From the human T2T-CHM13v2.0 reference genome, Homo sapiens, in NCBI RefSeq assembly GCF_009914755.1, contig NC_060938.1: a stretch of DNA of 64,000 nucleotides; one strand, written 5' to 3'. The position numbers and the translations under genes are program-made. The notes under the pieces are model-generated. The model made no database searches and was not told the origin of the DNA. It saw only the letters and a program-made list of their open reading frames with translations. Of the stretch, positions 13,174 through 25,086 are shown piece after piece (position 1 is the first letter of the stretch; every line of letters begins with the position of its first letter).

Positions 13174-16100
13174 TGTTTCTGATTTTAATGGAAACAACTG
13201 CTTTATTTTCCATCACTGTGAATATTCAATACATTTTTAAGCCTTTCTTTCTCCTGTCAGCAAACAATAGTTCGAGCACAATTTTACCTCACTCACACCA
13301 TCCCCTCAAATTCTTTATCCTTTATATTACAAGTGTTTTTTGATATTCTAAAAAAATGCTTCAATATGCCTTTGATTTTAAAAAGTACATTTTAACTATT
13401 ACTTTTACCTTTACATTTATATTTCTAAAATACGATATGATTCAATGTTTTGATAGTTTTATTGCTCATTACTCTTTTCAGCATACTCTTATCTATTTCA
13501 GTATTTCATTCTTTTCTTTTATTCATTCAGGTGGAATCTCAATTTTATCATTCTAAGCAGCACACATTCACACATATTTTTCTGCATTTTCACACATTAA
13601 AATTTATTTTCATATATCTTCAAACAAAAATTAAGTCCATATACAATTTTATACTCACAATTTATTTCTCTCAGAAAGCTATTTTCAAGTATTTATTCTG
13701 CCAATCAGAACTCTGTCCTCAGTCTGCCATACTTCTCTGTGATTTTTATGTGTGTGTAATAACAATGGTTTATTTTTACATCTGGACTTTAAATTTTTGA
13801 CTGAAGAGCATGGGACATATTTCTTTGTAGCAGACCAGCATTCCTCAAGATATAATACAAAACACGTTTTTTAAGAGCAGCAACGTCATGAGGACCAGAG
13901 AGAACAAGATTTGGGATGACGGAGAAATGTGAGCAATAAGCTGGTATCTGTAATTATTTGCTAGAGGAATTTGCAAATTCTGAACAAAATGAAACAGGCT
14001 GAGAATCCTAGCTTTGACAAGCAATGAATAGCTTCTGGAGGATAGAGACTAAATCAAATATTAGAAACCTAATGAGGATGAATATAAATTGGTACTCTGA
14101 AGGTCTCAAACTCATGGACATTTCTTTTCTAGAAGACCTTTGCAGAATTCTAAATCCACACGAAGTAGAAAGGGTGAAAAGTAAACGGACACAATGGAAA
14201 AAATAAAAATAAAGAGCTGAGCTTTTGGCAATCTTGCAATGCTGTAAAAACAAGGATTTAGGTTTAAGACCCGCCAGAATAATGGGCCTCAGTGAACCCA
14301 TCAGGATTTCAGTTAGAAGGCTTGGGAGATATATTCTTGGAATGAATTCAAGCAGCAGTAAGTTGAGCCTTACCAAAACTGGAAGTCAGTCTCAAATCAG
14401 CTCTACCTTTAATTGAATTAAGGGAATCAGTGTCTGTCTGCTTAGCAGAGTAAAAGATAGACATTCTCTGGTAAAATAAAAAATCATCTGAAGCCTCTGC
14501 AATATTTTCTTGTATACAACATCTGGCAGTCACTTAATAATTAGTAGATGTGACAGAAAACAGGTGCAAATAAAAATAAACAAATATGTTAAATAGATAC
14601 AATGATTCAGTTATAGGGACTAGCAGACAAGTGCTTTAATAATAATCTATTAAAGAAAATATAAAAAAATAAGGACAGTATAGAGAAAAAGTTGAATAAT
14701 TTCACAAGGGAACTGCATCTAAAAAGATTAAAGAAAATTTACAGACCTTAACTTACATGAGCGTAATCCATGGGAAAAGGCATGAACAAAATTACAGAGG
14801 AGATGGCAAAATTTAATGTCTTAATTGGGCATCGTTTACACAGAGGTGTGGATTTGTCAAAATTAATTGAACTGCATATTAAGATTTGTGTATTTCACTG
14901 TATGTAAATTGTGTATGTACATACAGTGTATGTACATCTAGTGTAGGAAATCACTAGATGTGATAAGGGAGTGACACAGAGGCAGGGGACCCTCCCCAGC
15001 TCAGGGAAGCAGTGAATGAGTGAGTGACCTCGGGAACCTATGCTTCTCCCATGCATCTTTGCAAGCCTGGGGTCAGAAGATCCCCCAGTGAACCCACTCC
15101 ACCAGGGCCTTCCGACTGACGTTCAGAGCTCTGTGGAGTCTCGTCAGAGCAGCTGCTCGGGCACACATGGAGCCCCAGGAAACTTAGAAACCCGGGCTTC
15201 CCAGCAAAAGTGGCTGCAACTCCAGCAAAGTGGAAGGTTAGACCTCCATACATACTCCTGGGAAAGGGGCTGAGCAACAACGGTCTGCAGGACCTGCTTC
15301 CATGGCACCTCACAGGATAAGACTCGCTGGGAACTCCTGTAACAGCATTGGTTCTCACTGAGAGGAAGCTCCCAGGGGGAGGAGCGAGTCACTATCTTTG
15401 CTCTCTCACAGGCCTAGCCCCTGTTTCCTTAGGGTTGTAGGGAGTTCGAGGCAACTAGGGACTGGAGCAGTCCCTCAGTGCAGCCCAGCAGCTCTACAGA
15501 TAAGTGGTCAGATTGCTTATTCATGTGAATCAGGAATCCCCTTTTTCTTCACTGTGCAATCTCCCAACCAGGGTCTCCAGTTACCCCTGATGGTGGTTTC
15601 CAGTTTCAGACGTCCCTTGGATGGAGCTCTCTGTGGAAGGGGTGGCCCAGGCAACCTTGCCCTTTGGCCTCCTTAGTCATTCTTGCCTTAGGGCTTTGGC
15701 AAGTGAGAGGTAAATGGGGGCTGGAGCAGACCTCCAGCACAACACAGCTTCTCTAAAAAAACGTGGTCAGAATGCTTTTTTAAGCGGGCCCCTAATCCCA
15801 TTCCTTCTCACTGGGTGGGTCTCCAGGTACCCCAAATGATGTTTTTCAGTCAGCAGTGGCTCCAAACCTCCCTGAGGATGGAGCTTCCAGAGAAAGGGGC
15901 AGGTTGCCATCTGTGGTGTTTGGCTGCCTTAGTCATTCTTGTTTTCCGGTTTTGGAGAGTCCGGGGTGACTAGGGGCTGGAGCAGACCCCCAGCACAGTT
16001 TCTCAAAGAAAAAAGTGGCAAGACTTCTTTCTTCTGTGAGTCCAAAATCTCATTCCTCTTCACAGGGGAGGATCTTCTGACCAGGGTCTCCAGCCACCGC

Positions 16101-17473
16101 CTGCAGGTGCATTTGAGTGGGCAGCAGGTTTGTACCTCCCTGGGACAAAGCTCTCAAAGGGAAGGGCAGACCACTATCTTTGCTGTTTTACAGCTTTTAC
16201 TGTTGATAGCTTTGATACTGGAAAATCTGAGGTGATTTGGAACTGAAGCAGACGCCCAGCATACTGCAGCAGATCTATGGAAAAGTGACCAGACTATTAC
16301 ATAAGTACCCTTCCCATATCTCCTCACTGGGCAAGTCCCCCAGGGCTAGATCTCCAGCCATGGCCTGCAGGGGCTATTGAGCCAGTAGCAGCTCTGTAGC
16401 TCCCTGGACAGAGCTCCCAGTGTGAGAGGAGCATTGCCATCTTTCCTGTCTCACAGCACTTGCTCTTGCTATCTCCAGGAATGAGAGACTCTGTAGGACC
16501 AGGGGCTAGTTCAGACCCTCAGCACAGAGCAACCACCTCAGAAAACTAACCAGACTGTTGTTCTCCATGCAGATGGTGGTCCTCACTTCTCCTCACTGGA
16601 CAGAGCCACCTTACCTGGGACTCCAGCACAACCACTCTGCCTCCTCCTGATCACCACAATCAGAAGCAGCCCAACATTTCTCCAAGGAAGAAATCCCAAG
16701 ATCAACCCACAACTCCTCCTCCACTACGGTACAGCTCTAACATCTCTCAGGCTGGGAAAGGAACAAAGGGCCTAGTCACTATGCTGGTACCTCCAGCATA
16801 CTGCATCCATTATATGGAAAGGAGTCCAGCCCATCTTCCCTGCGAACCCTCAATCCCTTCACCAGGCAGGGCCCCTGGCTCATGAACACAGAACAATCAC
16901 CCCACCCATGGCTGAGCATACCCACTGATAGTGGTCCAGTGTTTCCCTGGGGAGAGGCTCCCAGAAGCATTTGACAGCCCTTCTGCCACAGCCACAGCAA
17001 CAGTTCTATTCCTGCTGCCCTTGGTCTGGGGAAGAAACGAAGAGCTTAAAGGCTGCACACCACAGCCACCATGTGGAGAGATGAATCTCTCCTCCCTGTG
17101 AGCCTTTGAATCTCTGCTCCACAAAAGTGGAACCCCAAGATGACACCAGCAGAACAGCTGCCCTACCACACTAGCTGAACACTCCCAGTAACAATGGCTC
17201 TGCAGTCCTTGGAGGTGGAGAACTGAGGGGCAACTGAAAGCCTCTCTGCCACTGCCTCTGCTGTGGAACTGCCCTTTCCTCCCTCGGACTAATGAAGGAC
17301 CAAAGACCCCAGCGTCTTATCCACACCTCCAAAAAAGCTGCAGTTGACACAAGGAGGGGAGGCCAGTCTTTCTCCTATGGGTCCCACCCACCACTCATAC
17401 TTGTCACCAATGAGAGAAACCTCATCATGGACTCTCAGAATAGGCCCTCCATTGTGGGCTAATTGCACTGAGC

Positions 17474-17797
17474 CAGCAGTCCCCAGCATTTATGGCACCA
17501 GGAACCACTTCCCTCCATGACAATTTTGCCATGGACCAGTTTGGAGGGAGATGGTTTCGGGATGAAACTGTTCCACCTCAGATCATCAGGCATTGGTTAG
17601 ATTCTCACAGGAGCATGCAACCTAGATCCCTCACATGCACCATTCACAATAGGGTTCACACTCTTATGATAATCTAATGCCACTGTTGATTGGAGAGGAA
17701 GCAGAGCTCACCCACTTCTCTCCTACTGTTGTGCAGCCTGATTTCTAACAGACCATAGTCTAGTACCAGTTCATGGCTTGGGAGTTGAGGACCCCTG
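17474..17797 (-). mobile_element. MER1B (hAT-Charlie non-autonomous DNA transposon) in the L1 5'UTR
   Basis: Terminal inverted repeats cagcagtcccc...gaggacccctg; perfect 8-bp TSD cactgagc (17466-17473 / 17798-17805); the sister L1 has the empty site near 49220. Confidence 0.9.
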
Positions 17798-18289
17798 CAC
17801 TGAGCAATTGCTGACCTGCATCTCTCTGGTGTGGAGCCCCCAGGAAGCAAGCAAAAGACCCTCAGCCATAACCACTACTAAGGTACCTTTCTTTGCTGCC
17901 TCCAAGTTGGGGGGAAAACATAAGTACATACCCCAGAGTTGTGGTGGACAGCCCAGGAGTGTCAAGCCATAATCTACAACCAACACTCAAAGGGGAGAGG
18001 AGCCCACACTTTCAGAGCACTGAAAGAAAGCCTGGCTGCAACCTTGAGGAAATATAGGGGAGTCACAGGACTGAGCAAGAGCCTAGCAACTGATCATGCC
18101 TAAGCGTCACCTACTGGATCACATCCCAAAGCTTTAACACCAAAAATACCTCAATAACAGACTCCCCTGTGAAACCAAAGAAAATAAGTCAGCTACAAAT
18201 AAGGACTCTGCACAAAGCCTTGGCCCTGTGAAAACATCCAAGAAGAAGTCTACTTCCTGTACTCAATTTACGTTGTAAATAAAGGAACA

Positions 18290-18460
18290 CGGCTCCGGCC
18301 GGGCTGTGGGGCTCCGCTCAGTCCGGGAGCGCCCCCGGGCCGCGGCGCTCCTACCTCTGCTTTCCCACCGCCCGCAGCTGAAGCACATCCCGCAGCCCGG
18401 CGCGGACTCCGATCGCCGCAGTTGCCCTCGGGCGCCATGTCGCAGAACGGAGCGCCCGGG
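18290..18460 (+). promoter_or_regulatory. Small CpG-dense patch carried in with the BNIP3 5'UTR
   Basis: About 25 CpGs in ~170 bp by manual count, in an otherwise CpG-depleted window; regulatory activity is not shown. Confidence 0.5.
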
Positions 18461-19876
18461 ATGCAGGAGGAGAGCCTGCAGGGCTCCTGGGTAGAATTGC
18501 ACTTTAGCAATAATGGGAAAGGGGGCAGTGTTCCAGCCTCGGTTTCTATTTATAATGGTGACATGGAAAAAATACTGCTGGACGCACAGCATGAGTCTGG
18601 ACGGAGTAGCTCCAAGAGTTCTCACTGTGACAGCCCACCTCGCTCACAGACACCACAAGATACCAACAGAGCTTCTGAAACAGATACCCATAGCATTGGA
18701 GAGAAAAACAGCTCACAGTCTGAGGAAGATGATATTGAGAGAAGGAAGGAAGTTGAAAGCATCTTGAAGAAAAACTCAGATTGGATATGGGTTGGTCAAG
18801 TCGGCCGGAAAATATTCCCCCCAAGGAGTTCCTCTTTAAACACCCGAAGCGCACGGCCACCCTCAGCATGAGGAACACGAGCGTCATGAAGAAAGGGGGC
18901 ATATTCTCTGCAGAATTTCTGAAAGTTTTCTTTCCATCTCTGCTGCTCTCTCATTTGCTGGCCATCGGATTGGGGATCTATATTGGAAGGCGTCTGACAA
19001 CCTCCACCAGCACCTTTTGATGAAGAACTGGAGTCTGACTTGGTTCGTTAGTGGATTACTTCTGAGCTTGCAACATAGCTCACTGAAGAGCTGTTAGATC
19101 CTGGGGTGGCCACGTCACTTGTGTTTATTTGTTCTGTAAATGCTGCGTTCCTAATTAAGTAAAATAAAAGAATAGACACTAAAATCATGTTGATCTATAA
19201 TTCTACCTATGGGATCAATAAGCATGTCAGACTGATTAATGTCTACTGTAAAAAATTTGGTAGTAAATTTTCATTTGATATTAGATATAAATATCTGAAT
19301 ATAAATAATTTTAATATACTAGTCATGGTGTATTGTATTTTAAAAATTATCTGCAACCTTAATTCAGTTGAAGTACTTTATATTTCAAAAGAATGAATAA
19401 CATTGATAATAAAATCGCTACTTTAAGGGGTTTGTCCAAAATAAATATTGTGGCCTTATATATCACACTATTGTAGAAAGCATTATTTAATTTAAATGGA
19501 TGCAGGTTGTCTACTAAAGAAAGATTATACATAACTATGCTAATTGTTCATAATCAACAGAAACCAAGATAGAGCTACAAACTCAGCCGTACAGTTCGTA
19601 CACTAAACTCTTGTTGCTTTTGCATTATAAGGAATTAAGTCTCCGATTATTAGGTGATCACCCTGGATGATCAGTTTTGTGCTGAAGGCACCTGCTCAGT
19701 ATCTTTTCGTCTTTATCACTCTGCATTGGTGAATTCAATCCTCTCCTTTGTGCTCAACTTTTGTGTGCTTTTAAAATCAGCTTTATTCTAAGCAAATCTG
19801 TGTCTACTTTAAAAAACTGGAAATGGAAAAAAAAATAAATCTTTGCCAAATCCTTCAAAAATAAATAAATAAAAAA
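18292..19876 (+). pseudogene. BNIP3P1: BNIP3 processed pseudogene (probably BNIP3P1): 5'UTR, intronless CDS 18437-19020 with a 1-nt deletion at 18791/18792, 3'UTR, poly(A)
   Basis: Translation [24 protein letters not shown]...LKKNSDWIW / [20 protein letters not shown]...[21 protein letters not shown] is BNIP3; CDS span is 584 nt versus 585 for 194 aa plus stop; AATAAA 19834-19839; A-tail 19857-19876; TSD aaataaaggaacacg at 18277-18291 and 19877-19891. The P1 symbol is from recall, not a search. Confidence 0.95.
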
Positions 19877-22800
19877 AAATAAAGGAACACGAACATGCAG
19901 ATATGAGAAAGAACCAACATGAGGACTCCAGTAATTCAAATGGCCAGTGTCTTATGTCCACCAAATGACTGAACTAGTTCTCCCACAAGGTTGTTTTAAC
20001 CAGGCTAAGTTGGCTGAAATTACAGAAATATATTTCAGAATATGAACAGAAACAAAGATTATCGAGATTCAGGAGAATGGCAGAACCCAGTCCAAGAAAA
20101 CTAAAAATCACAATAAAATGATACAGGAGCTGAAACATGAAATAGTCAATAAAAAGAACCTAACAGATCTGACATAGCTAAAAACACACTGTAAGGATTT
20201 CACAATGCAATTGTAAGTATTAACAGCAGAATAGACAAAGCTAAGGAAAGAATCTCAGAAATTGAAGACTAGCTCTCTGAAATAAGACAGACAAAAATAA
20301 AGAACAAAGACTATAAAAGAATGAAAACTCCATTGAGAAATATGAGATCATGTAAAGAGGCAAAATGTATGAACCATTAGCATCCCTGAAAAAGATGGGA
20401 AGAAGGCAAACAACTTGAAAAACACATTTCAAAATTTTGTCCACGAAAATGTCCTCAACCTTGCTAGAGAGGCGAACAGACAAATTCAGAAAATACAGAG
20501 ACCTATGCAACATTCTAATCAAGATCATCCCAAAGATACATAATTATCAGATTTTCTAAAGTTGAGGTAAAAGACAGAATGTTAAAGGCAACTAAAGTGA
20601 AAGGGCAGGCTCACCTACAAAGGGAGCCCCATCAGGCTAACAACAGTGGACTTCTCTGTTGAAATCTTACAAGCCAGGAGAGATTGGGAGCCTATACTCA
20701 ACATTCTTAAAGAAAAAAAATCTTGAGACAAGAATTTCATATCCTGCCAAACTAAGCTTTCTCAGTGAAGGAGAAATAAGACTCTTTTTAGATAAGGACA
20801 CGTTAAGGGAGTTTGTTACCACCAGGTCTCCCTTAAAAGAGACCTTGAAAGGAGTATTAAATATAGAAAAGGAAGACACTTGCTTGCCAATACAAAAACA
20901 CACTTAAACACGCAGACTAGTGATACTATAAAGCAACTACACAAACAAGCCAGCATCATAGCCAGTTAACAACACAATGATAGGATCAAAGCCCCACATT
21001 TCAATACTAGTCTTGCAAATGGGCTAAATGTCCCCACTTAAAAGGCACAGAGTGGCAAACTGGATTAAAAAAGCAAAACCCAACTGTATGCTGCGTTCAA
21101 GAGACCCAACTCACAGGTAATTACACCCACAGGCTCAAAATAAAGGGATGGAGGAAAATTTACCAATGAAAATAATAACAAAAAAGGCAGGGGTGGTGAA
21201 TCTAATTTCAGATAAAACAGATTTTAAACCGACAAAAAGAAAAAAAGACAAAGAAGGGCAATACATAATGGTCAAGGGTTCAATTCAACAAAAAGACCTA
21301 ACTATCCTAAATATATATGCACCCAACACAGGAGCACACAGATTCATAAAGCAAGTTCTTAGAGACCTACAAATAGACATAGACTCCTGCAACAATAATA
21401 GGGGGAGACTTCAACACTTCATTGTCAATATTAGGTTATCAAGTCAGAAAGTTAATGAAGATATTCAGGACCTGAACTCAACTTGGACCAAATGGATCTG
21501 ATAGACCTCTATAGAACTCTCCAACCCAAAACAATAGAATATAAATTTTCGTTGCCACATGACACCTACTCTAAATTTGACCACATAATTGGACATCAAA
21601 GAATCTTCAGCAAATGCAAATGAAATGAAATCATACCAAGCACACTCTTGGGCCACAGTGTAATAAAAATAAAAATTAAGATTTTAAAAATTGCTCAAAA
21701 CCATGCACTTACGTAGAAGTTAAGCAACCTGCTCCTGAAAGACTTTTGGGTAAATAACGAAATTAAGGCAGACATCAAGAAGTTCTTTGAAATTAATGAG
21801 AGCAATATACAACATATATATATATAACAAACTCTGGGACTTAGCGAAGACAATATTAACAGAAAAATTCACAGTAATGAAAACTCACATCAGAAAGTTA
21901 GAAAGATCTCAAATTAACAACCTAACATCATAACTGGAAGAATCAGAGCAGCAAGAGCAAATAAACCTCAAAGCTAGCAGAAGACTACAAATAACCAAAA
22001 CCAGAGTTGAAGTGAAAGAAATCAAGACACAAAAAACCACTCAAAAGATCAATGAAGTCAGGACTTAGTTTTTTGAAAATACTAAGAGGTAGAGAGGCTG
22101 CTAGCTAGAATAATAAGGAAGAAAAGAGAGAAGATCTAAATTAACACAATTAAAACTGACAAATGGGATGTTACCAGTGGCCCCACAGAAATAAAAGTAA
22201 CCATCAGAAACTATGAATACCTCTATGCACACAAACTAGAAAACCTGGAAGAGATAAATTCCTGAACACACACACCCTCTGAAGATTAAACCAGGAGCAA
22301 ATTGATTCCCTAAAGAGACCAATAATGAGCTCTAAAATTGGATCACTAATAAATAGCCTACCAGCCCCCCAAGAAAAGCCAGGACCAGATGGATTCACAG
22401 CTGAATTCTACCAGATGTACAAAGAAGAGATGGTGCCATTTCTAAGGAAACTACTCCACAAAATTGAGGAGGAAGGACTCCTCTCCAACTCACTCTATGA
22501 GGCCAACAGCATCCTGATGCCAAAAGCTGGCAAAGACACAACAAAAAAGAAAACTTCAAGCCAGTAACCTTGATGAACATTGATGCATAAAGCCTCAACA
22601 AAATGCTTGCAAGCCAAATCTAGCAGCACATGAAAAAGCTAATCCACGGCAATAAAGTAGGCTTCATCCCTTGGATGCAGAGTTGGTTCAACATATGCAA
22701 GCCAATAAACATGATTCATCACATAAACATAATTAAAGACAAAAAAACTGCTTATTATCTCAATAGACACAGAAAAAAGCTTTTGATAAAATTCAATATC

Positions 22801-23010
22801 CTGTCATGTTAAAAATCCTCAATAAAATAGGTATTGAAAAACCATACCTCAAAATAATAAGAGCCATCTATGACAAACCCACAGCCAATATCATACTCAA
22901 TGCAGAAAAGCTGGAAGCATTCCTTTTGAAAGCTGGCTCAAGACAAGGATTCCCTCTCTCACCACCCCTATTCAACATAGTTTTGGGAGTACTAGCCAGA
23001 GCAATCAGGG

Positions 23011-23081
23011 AAGAGAAAGAAAGAAAGAAATGAAAGAAAAGAAAAGAAAGAAGAAGAAAGGAAGGAAGGAAGGAAGGAAGG
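23011..23081 (+). repeat. (GAAA)n/(GGAA)n purine-rich microsatellite expanded inside L1 ORF2
   Basis: aagagaaagaaagaaagaaatgaaagaaaagaaaagaaagaagaagaaaggaaggaaggaaggaaggaagg. Confidence 0.9.
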
Positions 23082-24207
23082 GCAGGCATCCAGACAGGAA
23101 GAGAAGTCAAACTATCCCTGTTTGTAGACCACATGATTCTATATCTAGGAAACTCCCTAGTCTTGGCCCAAGGGGTCCTTGAGCCAATAAATAACTTCAG
23201 CAAAGTTTCAGGATGCAAAATCAGTGTACAAACATCACTAGCATTTCTATACAGCAACAACAGCCAAGCTGAGAGTCAAATCAGGAACACAATCCCTTTC
23301 AAAATTTCCACAAAAAGAATAAAATACTTTGGAATACGGCGTATGAGGAATATGAATGATCTCTACAATGAGAATTAAAAAGCATTGCTAAAAGAAATCA
23401 GTGATAACACAAATTGAAAAACATTTCATAATCATGGCTAGGAAGAATCAATACCATTAAAATGGCCATACTGCCCAAATTAATTTACAGATTCAAAGCT
23501 ATTCCTATCAAACCAGCAATGACATTCATCACAGAACTAGAAAGAAAAAACCATTTTAAAATTCATGTGGAACCAAAAAGAGCCCAAATACCCAAGGCAA
23601 TCCTAAGTGAAGAGAAGAAAGCAGGAGACATCACATTCAACTTGATGCTATCCTACAGGGCTACGATAAACAAAACAGCATGGTACTGGTACAACAACAG
23701 ACACATAGACCAGTGGAACATAATAGAGAGTGCTGAAAAAAGGCCACACACTTATGACCATATTAGACAAAGCTGACAAAAACAAACAGGGTAGAAAGGA
23801 CTCCCTTTTCAATAAACAGTGCTGAGATAACTGGCTAGCCATATGCAAAAGATTGAAAGTGGACCACTTCATTACATCATATACAAAAATCAACTCATGG
23901 TGGATTGAAGACTTAAATGTAAAATGCAATGGTATAAAACCTCTGGAAGACAAAATAGATAATACCATTCCAGACATAGGAACAAGCAGTTTTCATGATG
24001 AAGATGCCGCAAGCAATTTCAAAAAAAGTAAAAATTGACGAACGGGATTTAATTAAACTAAAGAGCTCTGCACAGGAAAAGTAACTATCAGCAGAGTAAT
24101 CAGACAACCTATAAAATGGGAGAAAAAATTTGCAAACTATGCATCTGACAAGGTCTAATATCCAGCATCCATAAGGAACTTATAAACAAAGTTAATAAAC
24201 AAATTTA

Positions 24208-24298
24208 CTAAGTTGGCGCAAAAATAATTGTGGTTATGGCCATTACTTTTAATTTACTCTTAATGGCCCAAACCGTTATTACTTTTGCACCAATCTAA
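24208..24298. mobile_element. MADE1 (Hsmar1-derived MITE), palindromic, with an 11-bp internal duplication
   Basis: ctaagttggcgcaaaaataattgtggtt...aaccgttattacttttgcaccaatctaa; ttacttttaat followed by ttactcttaat. Confidence 0.85.
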
Positions 24299-25086
24299 AA
24301 TAAACAAAAACTAAAGAAGCACATTAAAAAGTGGGCAAAGGACATGAATAGATATTTTTCAAAAGAAGACGTCCATGCAGCCAACAAGCATATTTTAAAA
24401 AGCTCAATATCGCTGATTATTAGAGAAATGCAAATCAAAATCATAATGAGATACCATCTCACACCAGTCAGAATGGCTATTTTAAAAAGTCAATAAATAA
24501 CAGATGCTGCCAAGGTTGTGGAGAAAAAGAGACACTTATACACTGTTTGTGAGAGTGTAAATTACTTCATCAAATGTGAAAAACAGTGTGGTGATGTCTC
24601 AAAGAGCTAAAAACTGAACTACCATTCGACCCAGCAATCCCATTACTGAGTATCTACCCAAAAGAATAGAATTCATTCTACCTTAAAGACACCACGTATG
24701 TGAATGCTTTTTGCAGCACTATTCACAATAGCAAAGAATAAAAATCAACCTAAATGCCCATCATTGGAGGACTGGATAAAGAAAACTCGGTACATATACA
24801 CCATGGAATGCTAAACAGCCATAAAAAGAATAAGATTATGTCTTTTGCAGGAATATGGAGGAAGCTTATATTAAGCTTTTCTCACCCTGCTAAAAAGAAC
24901 TTCCCAAGACTGGGTAATTTATAAAGGAAAAAGGTTGAATTGACTCACAATTCCACATGACTGGGAGTCCTCAGGAAACTTACAGTCATGGCAGAAGGGG
25001 AAACAAGCGTCTTTCTTGCATGGCAGCAGGAGAGAGAATAAAAGCCCAGCAAAGGGAGAATCCTGTTATGAGACTATCAGATCTCA

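Larger units (their letters stand above)
14967..24866 (+). mobile_element. L1PA15/16-like LINE-1, missing ~200 bp at the 5' end and lacking its 3' end; long 5'UTR, decayed ORF1 (ATG 19903) and ORF2 (ATG 20977)
   Basis: ORF1 motif RISYPAKLSFLSEGEI (20659-20907); ORF2 motifs [39 protein letters not shown]; collinear with the inverted copy at 43196-53913. Confidence 0.9.

Noticed and set aside
18263-18902. Antisense and alternative-frame ORFs over the BNIP3 retrocopy
   Set aside because: They are expected by-products of GC-rich, stop-poor coding-derived sequence and have no independent support.
18437-19020. A functional BNIP3 gene
   Set aside because: It is intronless with a poly(A) tail, a TSD and a frameshift at codon 119, which makes it a processed pseudogene.
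23060-23081. GGAA microsatellite as an EWSR1-FLI1-type enhancer
   Set aside because: There are only about five consecutive GGAA units and nothing else supports activity.
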